DNA of 64,000 bases from an uncultured Flavobacteriaceae bacterium (GTDB lineage: Bacteria > Bacteroidota > Bacteroidia > Flavobacteriales > Flavobacteriaceae), in assembly GCA_963709465.1 (NCBI GenBank), contig CAVPWF010000001.1, forward strand, positions 129,956-193,955, in the 5' to 3' direction. Position 1 is the stretch's first letter. Every line of letters begins with the position of its first letter. Position numbers and translations under genes: made by a program. Below are positions 1 through 8,951 of this stretch, in pieces. Below the pieces are notes generated by a model. It saw only the letters and a program-made list of their open reading frames with translations. It searched no databases and was not told where the DNA came from.

Positions 1-566
1 GGGGAATCCTTAAAGGAATTATTGATGTTAACCGGGTCGTATCCGTCGAAAATAATGTCGTCCTCTTCGCCGGCAGGATCGGGATTGTTATCAGCGACAA
101 GATCCACATAGGACCCTCCGGGCAATCTAAATTTTATTTCATTCCAGTCTTCAAATCTGGGCGTGCCATCGAAGGGGGCAGAGCCGTTTGTGCTTCGTTC
201 GTTGGGATAGGTTGAAGCCCAGTAGAGTCCGGCATATCGGACCAGGGAACAATCCACATCCGGCACAGATAGCTCTGCGCTACTCGAACTAAAGGTGGAG
301 GGGTCTGCATCGATATCGATGTACTCCATCCACAGAGAATTGTTGTTTTGATTACCGTTGTAAGGAATATTGGCCTCTGCGGGGTTGGCCTGTGAGGCCC
401 GGTTGAGTATATTATTCCCTACAAAGAGGATGTCTCCCCGCACTTCGATATTACCCCCATTCAGACGGGGAGTAAAGGGCACGGCTTCCTGAGCTGTTAG
501 GTGGAAAAAGCCACAGAGGAAGAGGATAACAAACAGTATATTTTTATAAGTAATGCTTTGTATCAC
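1..566 (-). CDS. large secreted cell-surface protein, N-terminal fragment (gene continues beyond the left edge)
   Basis: Absent from the ORF track because it has no stop in the window. The reverse frame is open from base 1 to a GTG at 564-566, 13 nt after the stop of the PorP/SprF-like gene. Translation starts MIQSITYKNILFVILFLCGFFHLTAQEAVPFTPRLNGGNIEVRGDILFVGNNIL: a signal peptide followed by N/D/G-rich extracellular-type sequence. Confidence 0.6.
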   Translation of the reverse strand, partial: MIQSITYKNILFVILFLCGFFHLTAQEAVPFTPRLNGGNIEVRGDILFVGNNILNRASQANPAEANIPYNGNQNNNSLWMEYIDIDADPSTFSSSSAELSVPDVDCSLVRYAGLYWASTYPNERSTNGSAPFDGTPRFEDWNEIKFRLPGGSYVDLVADNNPDPAGEEDDIIFDGYDPVNINNSFKDS

Positions 567-579
567 AGGGAATTCGCTC

Positions 580-2685
580 TTAAGTTAGTTGACCAGGCCG
601 CACGCGCATGATCCACATTTTGTCGTCGTAACTGTCGTTCAGTTTTGAGTAATAAGAAATCAGGGCGCTATTCCAGTTTTCATGACGTTTGAGATAGACG
701 TAGAAATAGTTGTTTTCCGGATTGATGAAATAGCTGGCGTTCATACCTTTCGAATTCAGGAAGCGCACAAACCGAGTGGCATTTCCGGGTTTTGAGAATA
801 CATTGGCAATGATGTAATACTCGGTGCCGGCGCCGTAAACCGCTAATTCTTTCTCAGGGGTATTGACCGTATTGAGCTGGTCGCGATCAATGACGTTCTT
901 GCGAAGCACATTATTGTCGTATTTAGTGGCCTTCGCTTTTATCTTGGCAGAATTCTCTGCATACTCCATATTGGTGTACTGGTTTGCCACATTCATTACC
1001 CAAAGGGTGCCGCCATAGTTGCCATCAAAACCGGTGATGGCTGCATTTTCTGCACCGGACCAATTTTCAAAACGTTTGAGATAGACATATTTGAGCCCAT
1101 TCTCTTTATTGTCGATGAATTCCGGATCAAATCCCCGGGTTTTCAGTTCATCCATAAAGTTGTCCATATACTTTGTCCCGCTATATACATTTGCAACGAT
1201 ATAGTAACCGTCCATGACGCCGGGTAGGTTTCTGAATCGCCTTTGTTTTATCGGGCTCTCAGACGTGATTACCTCGGGTGATGTCGCGGCAACTTCAGTG
1301 GATGTAGCAGTAGCTGTAGGCTTACTGGTCTGAACAGATGAGGATGAAGAAGCTGCTGCCGCTGAGGTGGATGCTGCCAATCCGCCGGACACCGCAGGGT
1401 CAGCCACTTCTTTAGCCTGGCTGGTTTGCCCGGCCAAAGTCCGTGGATTGTTGTTCTGATAGTAGAGGGATTCGGCTTTATCTTCTAAGTCAGGCCTGCT
1501 ACCACCAGTTTCCTGCCGCACCATACGCATGACGCGTTCAAAGCGATTTTCCAGCTCGCTTTCCCTGGATTGTTCCATGGAGTCCTGTCGAAACATGAGC
1601 TCGGCGAGAATTGCGTCGTTTTCTGCGAGTCGTTTTCTCAATTCGGCAATTTCGGAGGTCTCTTCAGATTTATTCCCTTCATCAGTAGAATCCGGGCTTT
1701 CATTTTGCACAAGATCTTCGTAGTCATCTTCTAACATGACCCGGTCTTCAGTGAGGTTCGGGGTGAAGGAAAACGCAACGGAAATTTCATGGGTGAGTCC
1801 GAAATTGTCAAAATTGTTGGAAAGCCCTTTCTCCATGGTATAACCAATGGAGAGTCTTTGGTTCAAATTAAACCCGACCCCGGCTGAAGCACCGTAAAAA
1901 CTGTCGTAACCCCCCTGGAGCCAACCGATTTTAGGTAAGTCAAGAATAAGATTACCCCCGAAGACAAATTCGTCCTCCCCTACCCTTCTCGCTCGCGCCA
2001 GGGGCATCAATCGTCCTCCTTCAAGAACACCCCTGTTCGTACCAAACTGATGGGTATATTGCAAGTGACTGGAAAAGGTTTTTTCACTAAAACTGGTAAG
2101 GGATTCGCTTGTTTTCAGGTTATAGTCGAATAGATTCTCGGCGTAAACCCCAAAATCAAAGGCGTCATAGGAAATATTAAACCCGGGTTGAAACGTGAGA
2201 AGAGAACTGTCCTGGAAACCACTTAGGAAAGGATCAAAAACGAGCGGATTTGCACGACTTTCGTCAAACCCACTATTGTAATATGAGAGGTTTGCTCCAA
2301 ATGTAAAATTGCTTTTGTCACTGAGTTTTACTCCGTAGGCGTAATTGGCGAGGATTCCGTAATTGCTCAAGGTTCCCTCTCTTTGGGTATAGATGCTAAG
2401 GCCAGCCCCGGAACGATCTCCAATACGTCCACTGTAGCTCAGAAAATAACTTTGATTGTTGTCGTCAAAAGATACTGATTGGTTTCTATGAAGCAGATTG
2501 ACATAAGACTTATCCTCCCGGGCAGTGGAAAAGGTGGGATTGATAAGGAATCTGTTGAATTTCAACAAATTCTGTGATGGCACGTCATATACTATGAAGG
2601 GATTATCCTCCTGCCCAAGCCCGGTAAAGGGTATGAGAGCAATAAGCGCCAAAAAGAGTAACAATCTGTTTTTCATTTTTTTCAA
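580..2685 (-). CDS. PorP/SprF-family T9SS outer-membrane protein with a long C-terminal extension (two SPOR-like repeats)
   Basis: 701 aa with signal peptide MKKMKNRLLLFLALIALIPFTGLGQ. The first ~310 aa resemble the PorP/SprF barrel (NPFIVYDVPSQNLLKFNRFLINPTF, LLHRNQSVSF). These are followed by an E/R-rich coiled coil, an S/A/T-rich linker and two ~75-80 aa repeats (GYYIVANVYSG..LWVMNV and EYYIIANVFSK..MWIMRV). It starts 1 nt after the upstream cargo gene. Confidence 0.8.
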   Translation of the reverse strand: MKKMKNRLLLFLALIALIPFTGLGQEDNPFIVYDVPSQNLLKFNRFLINPTFSTAREDKSYVNLLHRNQSVSFDDNNQSYFLSYSGRIGDRSGAGLSIYTQREGTLSNYGILANYAYGVKLSDKSNFTFGANLSYYNSGFDESRANPLVFDPFLSGFQDSSLLTFQPGFNISYDAFDFGVYAENLFDYNLKTSESLTSFSEKTFSSHLQYTHQFGTNRGVLEGGRLMPLARARRVGEDEFVFGGNLILDLPKIGWLQGGYDSFYGASAGVGFNLNQRLSIGYTMEKGLSNNFDNFGLTHEISVAFSFTPNLTEDRVMLEDDYEDLVQNESPDSTDEGNKSEETSEIAELRKRLAENDAILAELMFRQDSMEQSRESELENRFERVMRMVRQETGGSRPDLEDKAESLYYQNNNPRTLAGQTSQAKEVADPAVSGGLAASTSAAAASSSSSVQTSKPTATATSTEVAATSPEVITSESPIKQRRFRNLPGVMDGYYIVANVYSGTKYMDNFMDELKTRGFDPEFIDNKENGLKYVYLKRFENWSGAENAAITGFDGNYGGTLWVMNVANQYTNMEYAENSAKIKAKATKYDNNVLRKNVIDRDQLNTVNTPEKELAVYGAGTEYYIIANVFSKPGNATRFVRFLNSKGMNASYFINPENNYFYVYLKRHENWNSALISYYSKLNDSYDDKMWIMRVRPGQLT

Positions 2686-2686
2686 T

Positions 2687-4939
2687 CTATCTGATAACGG
2701 TAATTGTACCCTGTTTCAGCGTCCGTTCTGCATTTTGGATTCGGTAATAGAAAATCATATTCTGTCGCGTGAAGGCGGCCGAGGAGGCGGGCCAATTGTT
2801 TTGATAGTTATTCACATTTAGTACTTCCTCCCCTTTTTCGTTGTAAATAGTCACGATCACATCGGACTGGCCGGAATAATAATTGGGGAGAATCCATTGC
2901 TCATTGATACCATCTCCATTTACCGAAATAACATTGGGCACTTTAAAAGTGTCCAGATAAGTAGCCGTCAGGGTTTTCATAACCTGACAATTTCCTATAG
3001 AAGCGATCACCAGGTACTCACCTTCTGTATCTATTGTAATTCTGGCAGAGTTGCCTATTTCATTATTGTTTTCATCATACCAGAGATAGCTGTCGCCTCC
3101 TGAGGCAGTCACGGTTTCTGATGTGCCATCCGGAAATTGAATGTCGTCGCCGGGAGAAAGGGTAATCAGGTCCGGATCCAGTGGAGTCAGGACCACTGTA
3201 TTTGAGGCCATCGGACAACCGTTTCGGTCTATAATGAGCTCGTAAGCTCCCGGAAGCCCTACTTCAATAGATGAGGCACTTTCGTTTAGTGCCACACCAT
3301 CGCGAAACCATTCAAAAGTTTCACCTGTGAGATCCGCTGTAGTGCTTATCGTGACCGGTTCAGAAGGACCGCATACTTTTGTATCGCTGCTGGTGATGGC
3401 AAGGATCTCGGAAGATCGGAGCAATGCCTCGAGGTTGTTCGAGACGGGTGTAAATCCGGCAACGCTTCCTTCAAGAGAATAAACTCCGTTTTCTGAAGGG
3501 TCCGTCAGACTAATGCTGGAACCTGTGGCTCCTGGAATCGGATTTCCGTCCTTATGCCATTGAAAACTCATGGTACTGATCAGGGCCGAGGTTACAATGG
3601 TGGCATTACCACCCGAATCTATTGCCCGAATCTCGCGTACTTCAACCAGGGTGTTGGTACCTGAACAAGGGCTATAACCCGAGCTGAAGGCAATGTCCAG
3701 TTCCAGGTCTGCAGGCGTGGTAACCGTAGTGCTTTCTGAGTCTTTGGTCGAGGAAGTACAACTCCCACCACTAAGGCTTACGCGTGCAAAATAAACGCCG
3801 GTATCGGTATCCGAAACGGACAGTGAGGCCGCTGTAGCACCCGGGATAGGGGCGCCATCTTTAAACCACTGGTACGTGATTGCCGAAGCTGTTGACGAAA
3901 CGCTCAGTGTTGAGGTTCCCCCGGGAAGGACAATTACACTGGCGGGGTTATCTCTGGAAACTGTAAAATCCCCTGCATTTGTTATCGAGACCGGGGCGGA
4001 GCGCTCAAGGCAAGCCCCGGAACCTGAGATCTCAACCTGATAGTTTCCTGCAAAACCTGGGATACTGCCATCTACCAGAAAACTGGAATCGTCCACGGTA
4101 GGAGCCGTAACGGGCGCCCCATCCTTAAACCAGGTATAGTTGAGACCCTGGCCTGTAATATTGGCCTCCAGTAAAGCGGTCTCACCCGAACATAATGCAC
4201 TCGAGGAGGGGGGGTTTATCGCTATGCCCAGATCTGAGCTCGTCGTAATGTCCAATAGGTTGGAAAGTGTATTGCCGGAACCGGAACAGGATCCGTAATC
4301 GATTTCTACATTGTACATGCCCGCCTGAGTTACACTGATCGAGGGCCCTTTTTCTGACAATGGAGTTCCGCTTCTATACCAATTATACTGATAGGTATTG
4401 GCGTTTGGAAGACCGTAGACTTCCAGGGTAATGGCGTTGCCATTGCACAACTGAGCGGTTCCGTCTCCGAAATCCGGTTGTCCCTGGGGCCGAATTGTCC
4501 GGGCTGTATTTACACCGAGGTAATACATAGGATAGGCCACCGAGACGGGACTTGTGGCCGCCGGACTTGTGCTGCGGACACGCATGCGATAACCTTCACC
4601 TCTTGTTGTTACAGGGATTTGAAACTGGAAATAGAAGTCGAATGTGGTGTTTTTAGTACCGTCCCGAGCGAGTTCAACGGGTGCGCTGAAGTCTCCGGAG
4701 GCATCGGATAGCTCTAAAATGAATTCGTTTGTCCCACCTACCAGAGGAGGACTCCAGGTAAATTCCACCCAATAATCATTAAAGGACGGGGAGGCGCATG
4801 CGGCACTCCATGTGGTGGAGCCGCCTGGCGGAGTTTGATTGGGCGCAGCTTGAGGGGCATTCAACACCTGGGAGAATCCGCTTTGGACTCCCAGCATACC
4901 ACACAGTAGGGCCGTGGCTAGAAGTATCTTTCTTCGCAT
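2687..4939 (-). CDS. T9SS type-B (gliding-motility-associated) C-terminal sorting domain protein with six Ig-like repeats
   Basis: 750 aa with a signal peptide. Six repeats carry a W-[FYH]-[KR]-[DS]-G-x-P type motif (YNWYRSGTPL, YTWFKDGAPV, YQWFKDGAPI, FQWHKDGNPI, FEWFRDGVAL, YLWYDENNNEI). The C-terminus VPNVISVNGDGINEQW..YYRIQ..GTITVIR fits the type-B CTD. Confidence 0.85.
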   Translation of the reverse strand: MRRKILLATALLCGMLGVQSGFSQVLNAPQAAPNQTPPGGSTTWSAACASPSFNDYWVEFTWSPPLVGGTNEFILELSDASGDFSAPVELARDGTKNTTFDFYFQFQIPVTTRGEGYRMRVRSTSPAATSPVSVAYPMYYLGVNTARTIRPQGQPDFGDGTAQLCNGNAITLEVYGLPNANTYQYNWYRSGTPLSEKGPSISVTQAGMYNVEIDYGSCSGSGNTLSNLLDITTSSDLGIAINPPSSSALCSGETALLEANITGQGLNYTWFKDGAPVTAPTVDDSSFLVDGSIPGFAGNYQVEISGSGACLERSAPVSITNAGDFTVSRDNPASVIVLPGGTSTLSVSSTASAITYQWFKDGAPIPGATAASLSVSDTDTGVYFARVSLSGGSCTSSTKDSESTTVTTPADLELDIAFSSGYSPCSGTNTLVEVREIRAIDSGGNATIVTSALISTMSFQWHKDGNPIPGATGSSISLTDPSENGVYSLEGSVAGFTPVSNNLEALLRSSEILAITSSDTKVCGPSEPVTISTTADLTGETFEWFRDGVALNESASSIEVGLPGAYELIIDRNGCPMASNTVVLTPLDPDLITLSPGDDIQFPDGTSETVTASGGDSYLWYDENNNEIGNSARITIDTEGEYLVIASIGNCQVMKTLTATYLDTFKVPNVISVNGDGINEQWILPNYYSGQSDVIVTIYNEKGEEVLNVNNYQNNWPASSAAFTRQNMIFYYRIQNAERTLKQGTITVIR

Positions 4940-5209
4940 AAGACTGGTGTTTGGTTGTGTTAATAATTAATTGCCCTACAAGTGAGAGGAGGATCCGGTT
5001 GGCTTCGTTGTTTATTGTGCTGAGCCGCCGAACAGACCCTATTCCCCCGCAGTTTGTCTAACAAATATGGTTTATCAGCCGGCCTTATTGAATTTAATGT
5101 TGTCGGGAGGATTGATTCTGTTGTGAAACAAGGGGATTTGTATGGTTGTGTGGTTTTGCTTTATCGTTGAACTGCAATTTTCTACCTTTACCGACACAAC
5201 ACTTGAATA

Positions 5210-6895
5210 ATGGCTGAAAAGGAGAAATCCCTGAATTTTATAGAACACATCGTCGAAGAGGACCTTGTGGCTGGCTTTTCAAAAAAGCAACTGCGGTTTC
5301 GTTTTCCGCCAGAACCCAACGGCTACCTGCACATCGGGCACGCAAGTTCTATTTGCTTGAATTTTGGCCTGGGCCTCCGGTATGACGCCCCGGTGAACCT
5401 CAGGTTCGATGACACGAATCCTGCAAAGGAAGAACAGGAGTTTGTGGATGCCATAAAAGAGGATGTGCAGTGGCTTGGATTCGAATGGGACAAGGAGTGC
5501 TATGCGTCTGATTATTTCCAACAACTTTACGATTGGGCAGTTGAACTTATTAAAGCTGGGAAGGCCTATGTGGAGAGCCAAAACTCGGAAATGATAGCTG
5601 CTCAAAAAGGGACTCCTGTGGAGGCCGGAACGAATAGTCCTTTCAGAAATCGGCCGATTGATGAAAATTTAGATTTGTTTCGGAGAATGAAGGAAGGCGA
5701 ATTTCCGGAAGGCTCGCATGTCTTGCGTGCAAAAATAGACATGGCTTCCCCCAATATGCTTATGCGGGATCCGGTGATGTACCGCATACTTCACAGGAAA
5801 CACCATCGCACAAATACCGATTGGTGTATTTATCCTCTGTACGACTGGACACACGGAGAGAGCGACTATATTGAACAGGTATCGCACAGCCTGTGCACCC
5901 TGGAGTTTGCGGCGCACCGGGAGCTATACGATTGGTTCCTGGATCAAGTGGTGTCGGAAGATCGTGTACGCCCAAAACAAAGAGAGTTTGCCAGGCGTAA
6001 CCTGAGTCATACTGTTGTGAGTAAACGTAAGCTCCTCGAACTAGTACAACAGGGTTTTGTAGAAGGATGGGACGACCCGAGAATGCCTACGATCTCAGGT
6101 CTGAGAAGAAAAGGTTGTACCCCAGAAGCCCTGAGGAATTTTGCGGATACTATTGGCATAGCCAAACGTGAAAATGTCGTGGACGTGGCGCTCCTGGATT
6201 TCCATATGCGGGAGGACCTGAACAAAATTGCCCCGAGGGTAATGGCCGTTCTCGACCCTGTAAAGGTGGTTATAAGGAATTATGAGAGCGACAGGGAGGA
6301 ATGGCTGGAGGCCGAAAACAACCCCGAAAACCCTGAGGCAGGATTTAGGAAAATACCTTTTTCAAAAGAGCTGTTTATCGAAAGGGAAGATTTTCGCGAA
6401 TCTGCCAACCGGAAGTTTTTTAGATTGAAACTGGGGGGAGAAGTTCGCTTGAAAAACGCATATATCATTCAGGCAGAGGAAGTCAGAAAAGATGCCCAGG
6501 GCAATATTCTGGAAATCATATGCTCTTATGACCCGGAGAGTAAAAGCGGTAGTGGAACCCCGGAAAGCTTGAGAAAAGTGAAGGGCACTCTGCATTGGGT
6601 CTCCTGCAAACACGCCATCGATGCCGAGGTGCGACTCTACGATCGGCTTTTCACGGACCCGACTCCAGATCAACATACCGGTCGGGATTTTATTGAGTTT
6701 ATCAATCCGGATTCGCTCAATATCGTTCAAGGCAAACTTGAGCCGGGACTCAAATCAGCAATGCCGGGAGCACGCTTTCAATTCCAACGGTTGGGATACT
6801 TTTGTGTCGATAAGAGCAGCGGTTCAGACCAATTGGTTTTTAACAGAACGGTAACCCTTCGTGACACCTGGTCGAAAATTGAGGAGAAGGCGTAA
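5210..6895 (+). CDS. glnS: glutamine--tRNA ligase
   Basis: 561 aa. Class I HIGH motif (PEPNGYLHIGHA) and a KMSKS-like motif (VVSKRKL). Overall GlnRS-like length and C-terminal anticodon-binding region. Confidence 0.9.
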   Translation: MAEKEKSLNFIEHIVEEDLVAGFSKKQLRFRFPPEPNGYLHIGHASSICLNFGLGLRYDAPVNLRFDDTNPAKEEQEFVDAIKEDVQWLGFEWDKECYASDYFQQLYDWAVELIKAGKAYVESQNSEMIAAQKGTPVEAGTNSPFRNRPIDENLDLFRRMKEGEFPEGSHVLRAKIDMASPNMLMRDPVMYRILHRKHHRTNTDWCIYPLYDWTHGESDYIEQVSHSLCTLEFAAHRELYDWFLDQVVSEDRVRPKQREFARRNLSHTVVSKRKLLELVQQGFVEGWDDPRMPTISGLRRKGCTPEALRNFADTIGIAKRENVVDVALLDFHMREDLNKIAPRVMAVLDPVKVVIRNYESDREEWLEAENNPENPEAGFRKIPFSKELFIEREDFRESANRKFFRLKLGGEVRLKNAYIIQAEEVRKDAQGNILEIICSYDPESKSGSGTPESLRKVKGTLHWVSCKHAIDAEVRLYDRLFTDPTPDQHTGRDFIEFINPDSLNIVQGKLEPGLKSAMPGARFQFQRLGYFCVDKSSGSDQLVFNRTVTLRDTWSKIEEKA

Positions 6896-7009
6896 TGCCG
6901 GGAAGAAGGACACATGACTTTTTTGGGTAATTCCGCAGTTTTTCAGTATCTTAGGAACCCTCCTGATGTTTGAGGAGTAAGACATTCTTTAATTTAAAAA
7001 ATAGAAATT

Positions 7010-7339
7010 ATGGCTAGTGATAGTGGATCGGTTTTATTGGCATTACTCGTGGGAGCTGCAATTGGTGCAGGCGCGGGAATTCTTTATGCTCCGGATGAAG
7101 GAGGGAAGACACGTAAGCGGATTAAGGAAAAGGCGCGGGAAGCCTCGGATGATCTGTTAGGAGAGGTCGCCAGGGCGAGAGATGAGATTAGCACTTCGGC
7201 TCAAAAACAAAAACTGGAATTTGATAAGAAACTCGAGGATACCATTTCGAAGATGAGCTATCAGGCAGACGATATTATTGCAGGCCTGGAAGCCAAACTC
7301 GAGGAACTGCGCAAGAAGAATGCCCAATTCCAGAAATAG
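7010..7339 (+). CDS. YtxH-domain general-stress-type protein
   Basis: 109 aa. N-terminal G/A-rich helix (LLALLVGAAIGAGAGILYAPDEG) followed by a charged coiled coil, which is typical of YtxH proteins. Confidence 0.7.
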   Translation: MASDSGSVLLALLVGAAIGAGAGILYAPDEGGKTRKRIKEKAREASDDLLGEVARARDEISTSAQKQKLEFDKKLEDTISKMSYQADDIIAGLEAKLEELRKKNAQFQK

Positions 7340-7341
7340 GA

Positions 7342-7692
7342 ATGGCATTTGAAGAACTAAAAAGCGACTTTACCGATTCTCAACAAGCCGCTAAAGAGTA
7401 TATTGAAAGTTCAGCAGAGTATTACAGGCTAAAGACATTTAAGTTTGTAATGAAGGCTGTCATTGCGCTGACTGTGTTGCTTTTTCTGGGCACTTTGGCG
7501 TTGCTTGCCATTTTTTTCCTATCGATCGCCACTTCTTTGTCTATTGGGAGCTACCTGGGCAATCCTGCACATGGTTTTTGGATCGTGGGCGGAATTTATG
7601 TGCTGCTGGGGATAGTGGGATATGCGCTGCGCCATAAACTGGAATCACCCGTACTCCAAAAATTTTCTAAAGACTACTATGACGATAAATAA
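7342..7692 (+). CDS. small two-TM membrane protein (holin-X/DUF1469-like topology)
   Basis: 116 aa. Amphipathic N-terminus and two hydrophobic helices. Starts 2 nt after the ytxH-like gene. Confidence 0.6.
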   Translation: MAFEELKSDFTDSQQAAKEYIESSAEYYRLKTFKFVMKAVIALTVLLFLGTLALLAIFFLSIATSLSIGSYLGNPAHGFWIVGGIYVLLGIVGYALRHKLESPVLQKFSKDYYDDK

Positions 7693-7910
7693 TGAAGAAG
7701 ACGTATGCGAGTTTTGAGGAGGTCGACAAGGACCTTAAAATTTTAAATCTCCGAAGGCAAATCGCCAATGAGCAGGTAAAGGGAAATGTTTCCAGCATTA
7801 AAGAGGCGCTACAGCCGCCGGAAATCCTTTCGGTTCTGGGCTCGGGAATGTTTAAGAAACTTATAATTTCTTCGCTTATTGGATATGTGCTCCGGCGGAT
7901 TCGAAAATAA
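7692..7910 (+). CDS. small conserved hypothetical protein (one C-terminal TM helix)
   Basis: 72 aa. Its ATG overlaps the stop of the preceding gene (TAATG), making it the third member of the ytxH mini-operon. Confidence 0.5.
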   Translation: MKKTYASFEEVDKDLKILNLRRQIANEQVKGNVSSIKEALQPPEILSVLGSGMFKKLIISSLIGYVLRRIRK

Positions 7911-7935
7911 GGCAGTGCCTCATAGTGACCGTTCC

Positions 7936-8871
7936 TTATTCCTTTGGACCTTTCGAGGACTTTTGCAGCTTCATCGCCTCTCCGATCTGATTACTTGCGG
8001 AGAAAGAGGCTACCATATTGTTGAGCATGTCGCTGGCAGCATGAGGCGAATTGGGAAGTAATATGAGGTTGGTATTTGTCTCTTCCCCTATAGATTGCAA
8101 GGTGTCGTAGTGCTGTGTTACAACGATTAGAGCGGATGCCTCCTGTGAGTTTATACCTACTTTATTAAGGACTTCTACCGACTCTTCCAGGCCACGGGCA
8201 ATCTCCCTGCGCTGATCGGCGATTCCCTGTCCCTGAAGACGCTTGCTTTCAGCCTCTGCTTTGGCTTTTTCCACCATCAGAATCCGGGCAGCATCTCCTT
8301 CGAACTGAGCGGCTATTTTTTCGCGTTCCGCGGCATTAATCCGATTCATCGCAGCTTTCACCTGAGCATCCGGGTCAATATCGGTTACCAGGGTTTTAAT
8401 AATGTCGTATCCATAGTCCAGCATAGCGTCCTGCAGTTCTGCCTTAACCGCGATAGCAATGTCATCCTTTTTAACAAAGACGTCATCCAATTTCATTTTA
8501 GGGACTTCTGCCCGCACCACGTCAAAAACGTACGAAGTGATTTGTTCGTGCGGATACTCGAGTTTATAAAAAGCTTCATAAACTTTCTCCCGTATCACCA
8601 CATATTGTACGGAAATTTTTAGCTTGACAAACACATCGTCCAGGGTCTTGGTCTCCACAATGACATCCAGCTGTTGAATCTTCAGGCTCAAGCGACCCGC
8701 GATCCGGTCCACCAGAGGAATCTTCAACTGAAGCCCTGAGTGCCGGATGCTTTGAAAGCGCCCGAAACGTTCAATCGCCACCGCGGTTTGCTGTTTAACC
8801 ACGAAGAAAACGCCGAGCATAAAAAATGCCAATAATGCTATAACCGGAAGCCAGATAAAAAGATTAGCCAT
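7936..8871 (-). CDS. SPFH/band-7 (stomatin/prohibitin-like) membrane protein
   Basis: 311 aa. N-terminal TM helix, an SPFH-type core (VVKQQTAVAIERFGRF..LQLKIPLVDRI..) and an A/E/K-rich coiled coil (AAEREKIAAQFEGDAARILMVEKAKAEAESKRLQGQG). Confidence 0.85.
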   Translation of the reverse strand: MANLFIWLPVIALLAFFMLGVFFVVKQQTAVAIERFGRFQSIRHSGLQLKIPLVDRIAGRLSLKIQQLDVIVETKTLDDVFVKLKISVQYVVIREKVYEAFYKLEYPHEQITSYVFDVVRAEVPKMKLDDVFVKKDDIAIAVKAELQDAMLDYGYDIIKTLVTDIDPDAQVKAAMNRINAAEREKIAAQFEGDAARILMVEKAKAEAESKRLQGQGIADQRREIARGLEESVEVLNKVGINSQEASALIVVTQHYDTLQSIGEETNTNLILLPNSPHAASDMLNNMVASFSASNQIGEAMKLQKSSKGPKE

Positions 8872-8951
8872 AATAGGATGTTGAAGTTTCTAGGGAAAGT
8901 TACAAAGACCTTACGAATAGTTAGTCGGTCCCCGGTAAATTTTGTTACAGG

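Noticed and set aside
4940-5209. 270-nt region upstream of glnS examined for a leader, riboswitch or divergent-promoter motifs
   Set aside because: I recognised no conserved RNA motif. Only a weak TAnnTTTA-like box (TACCTTTA) is present, which is not enough to call.
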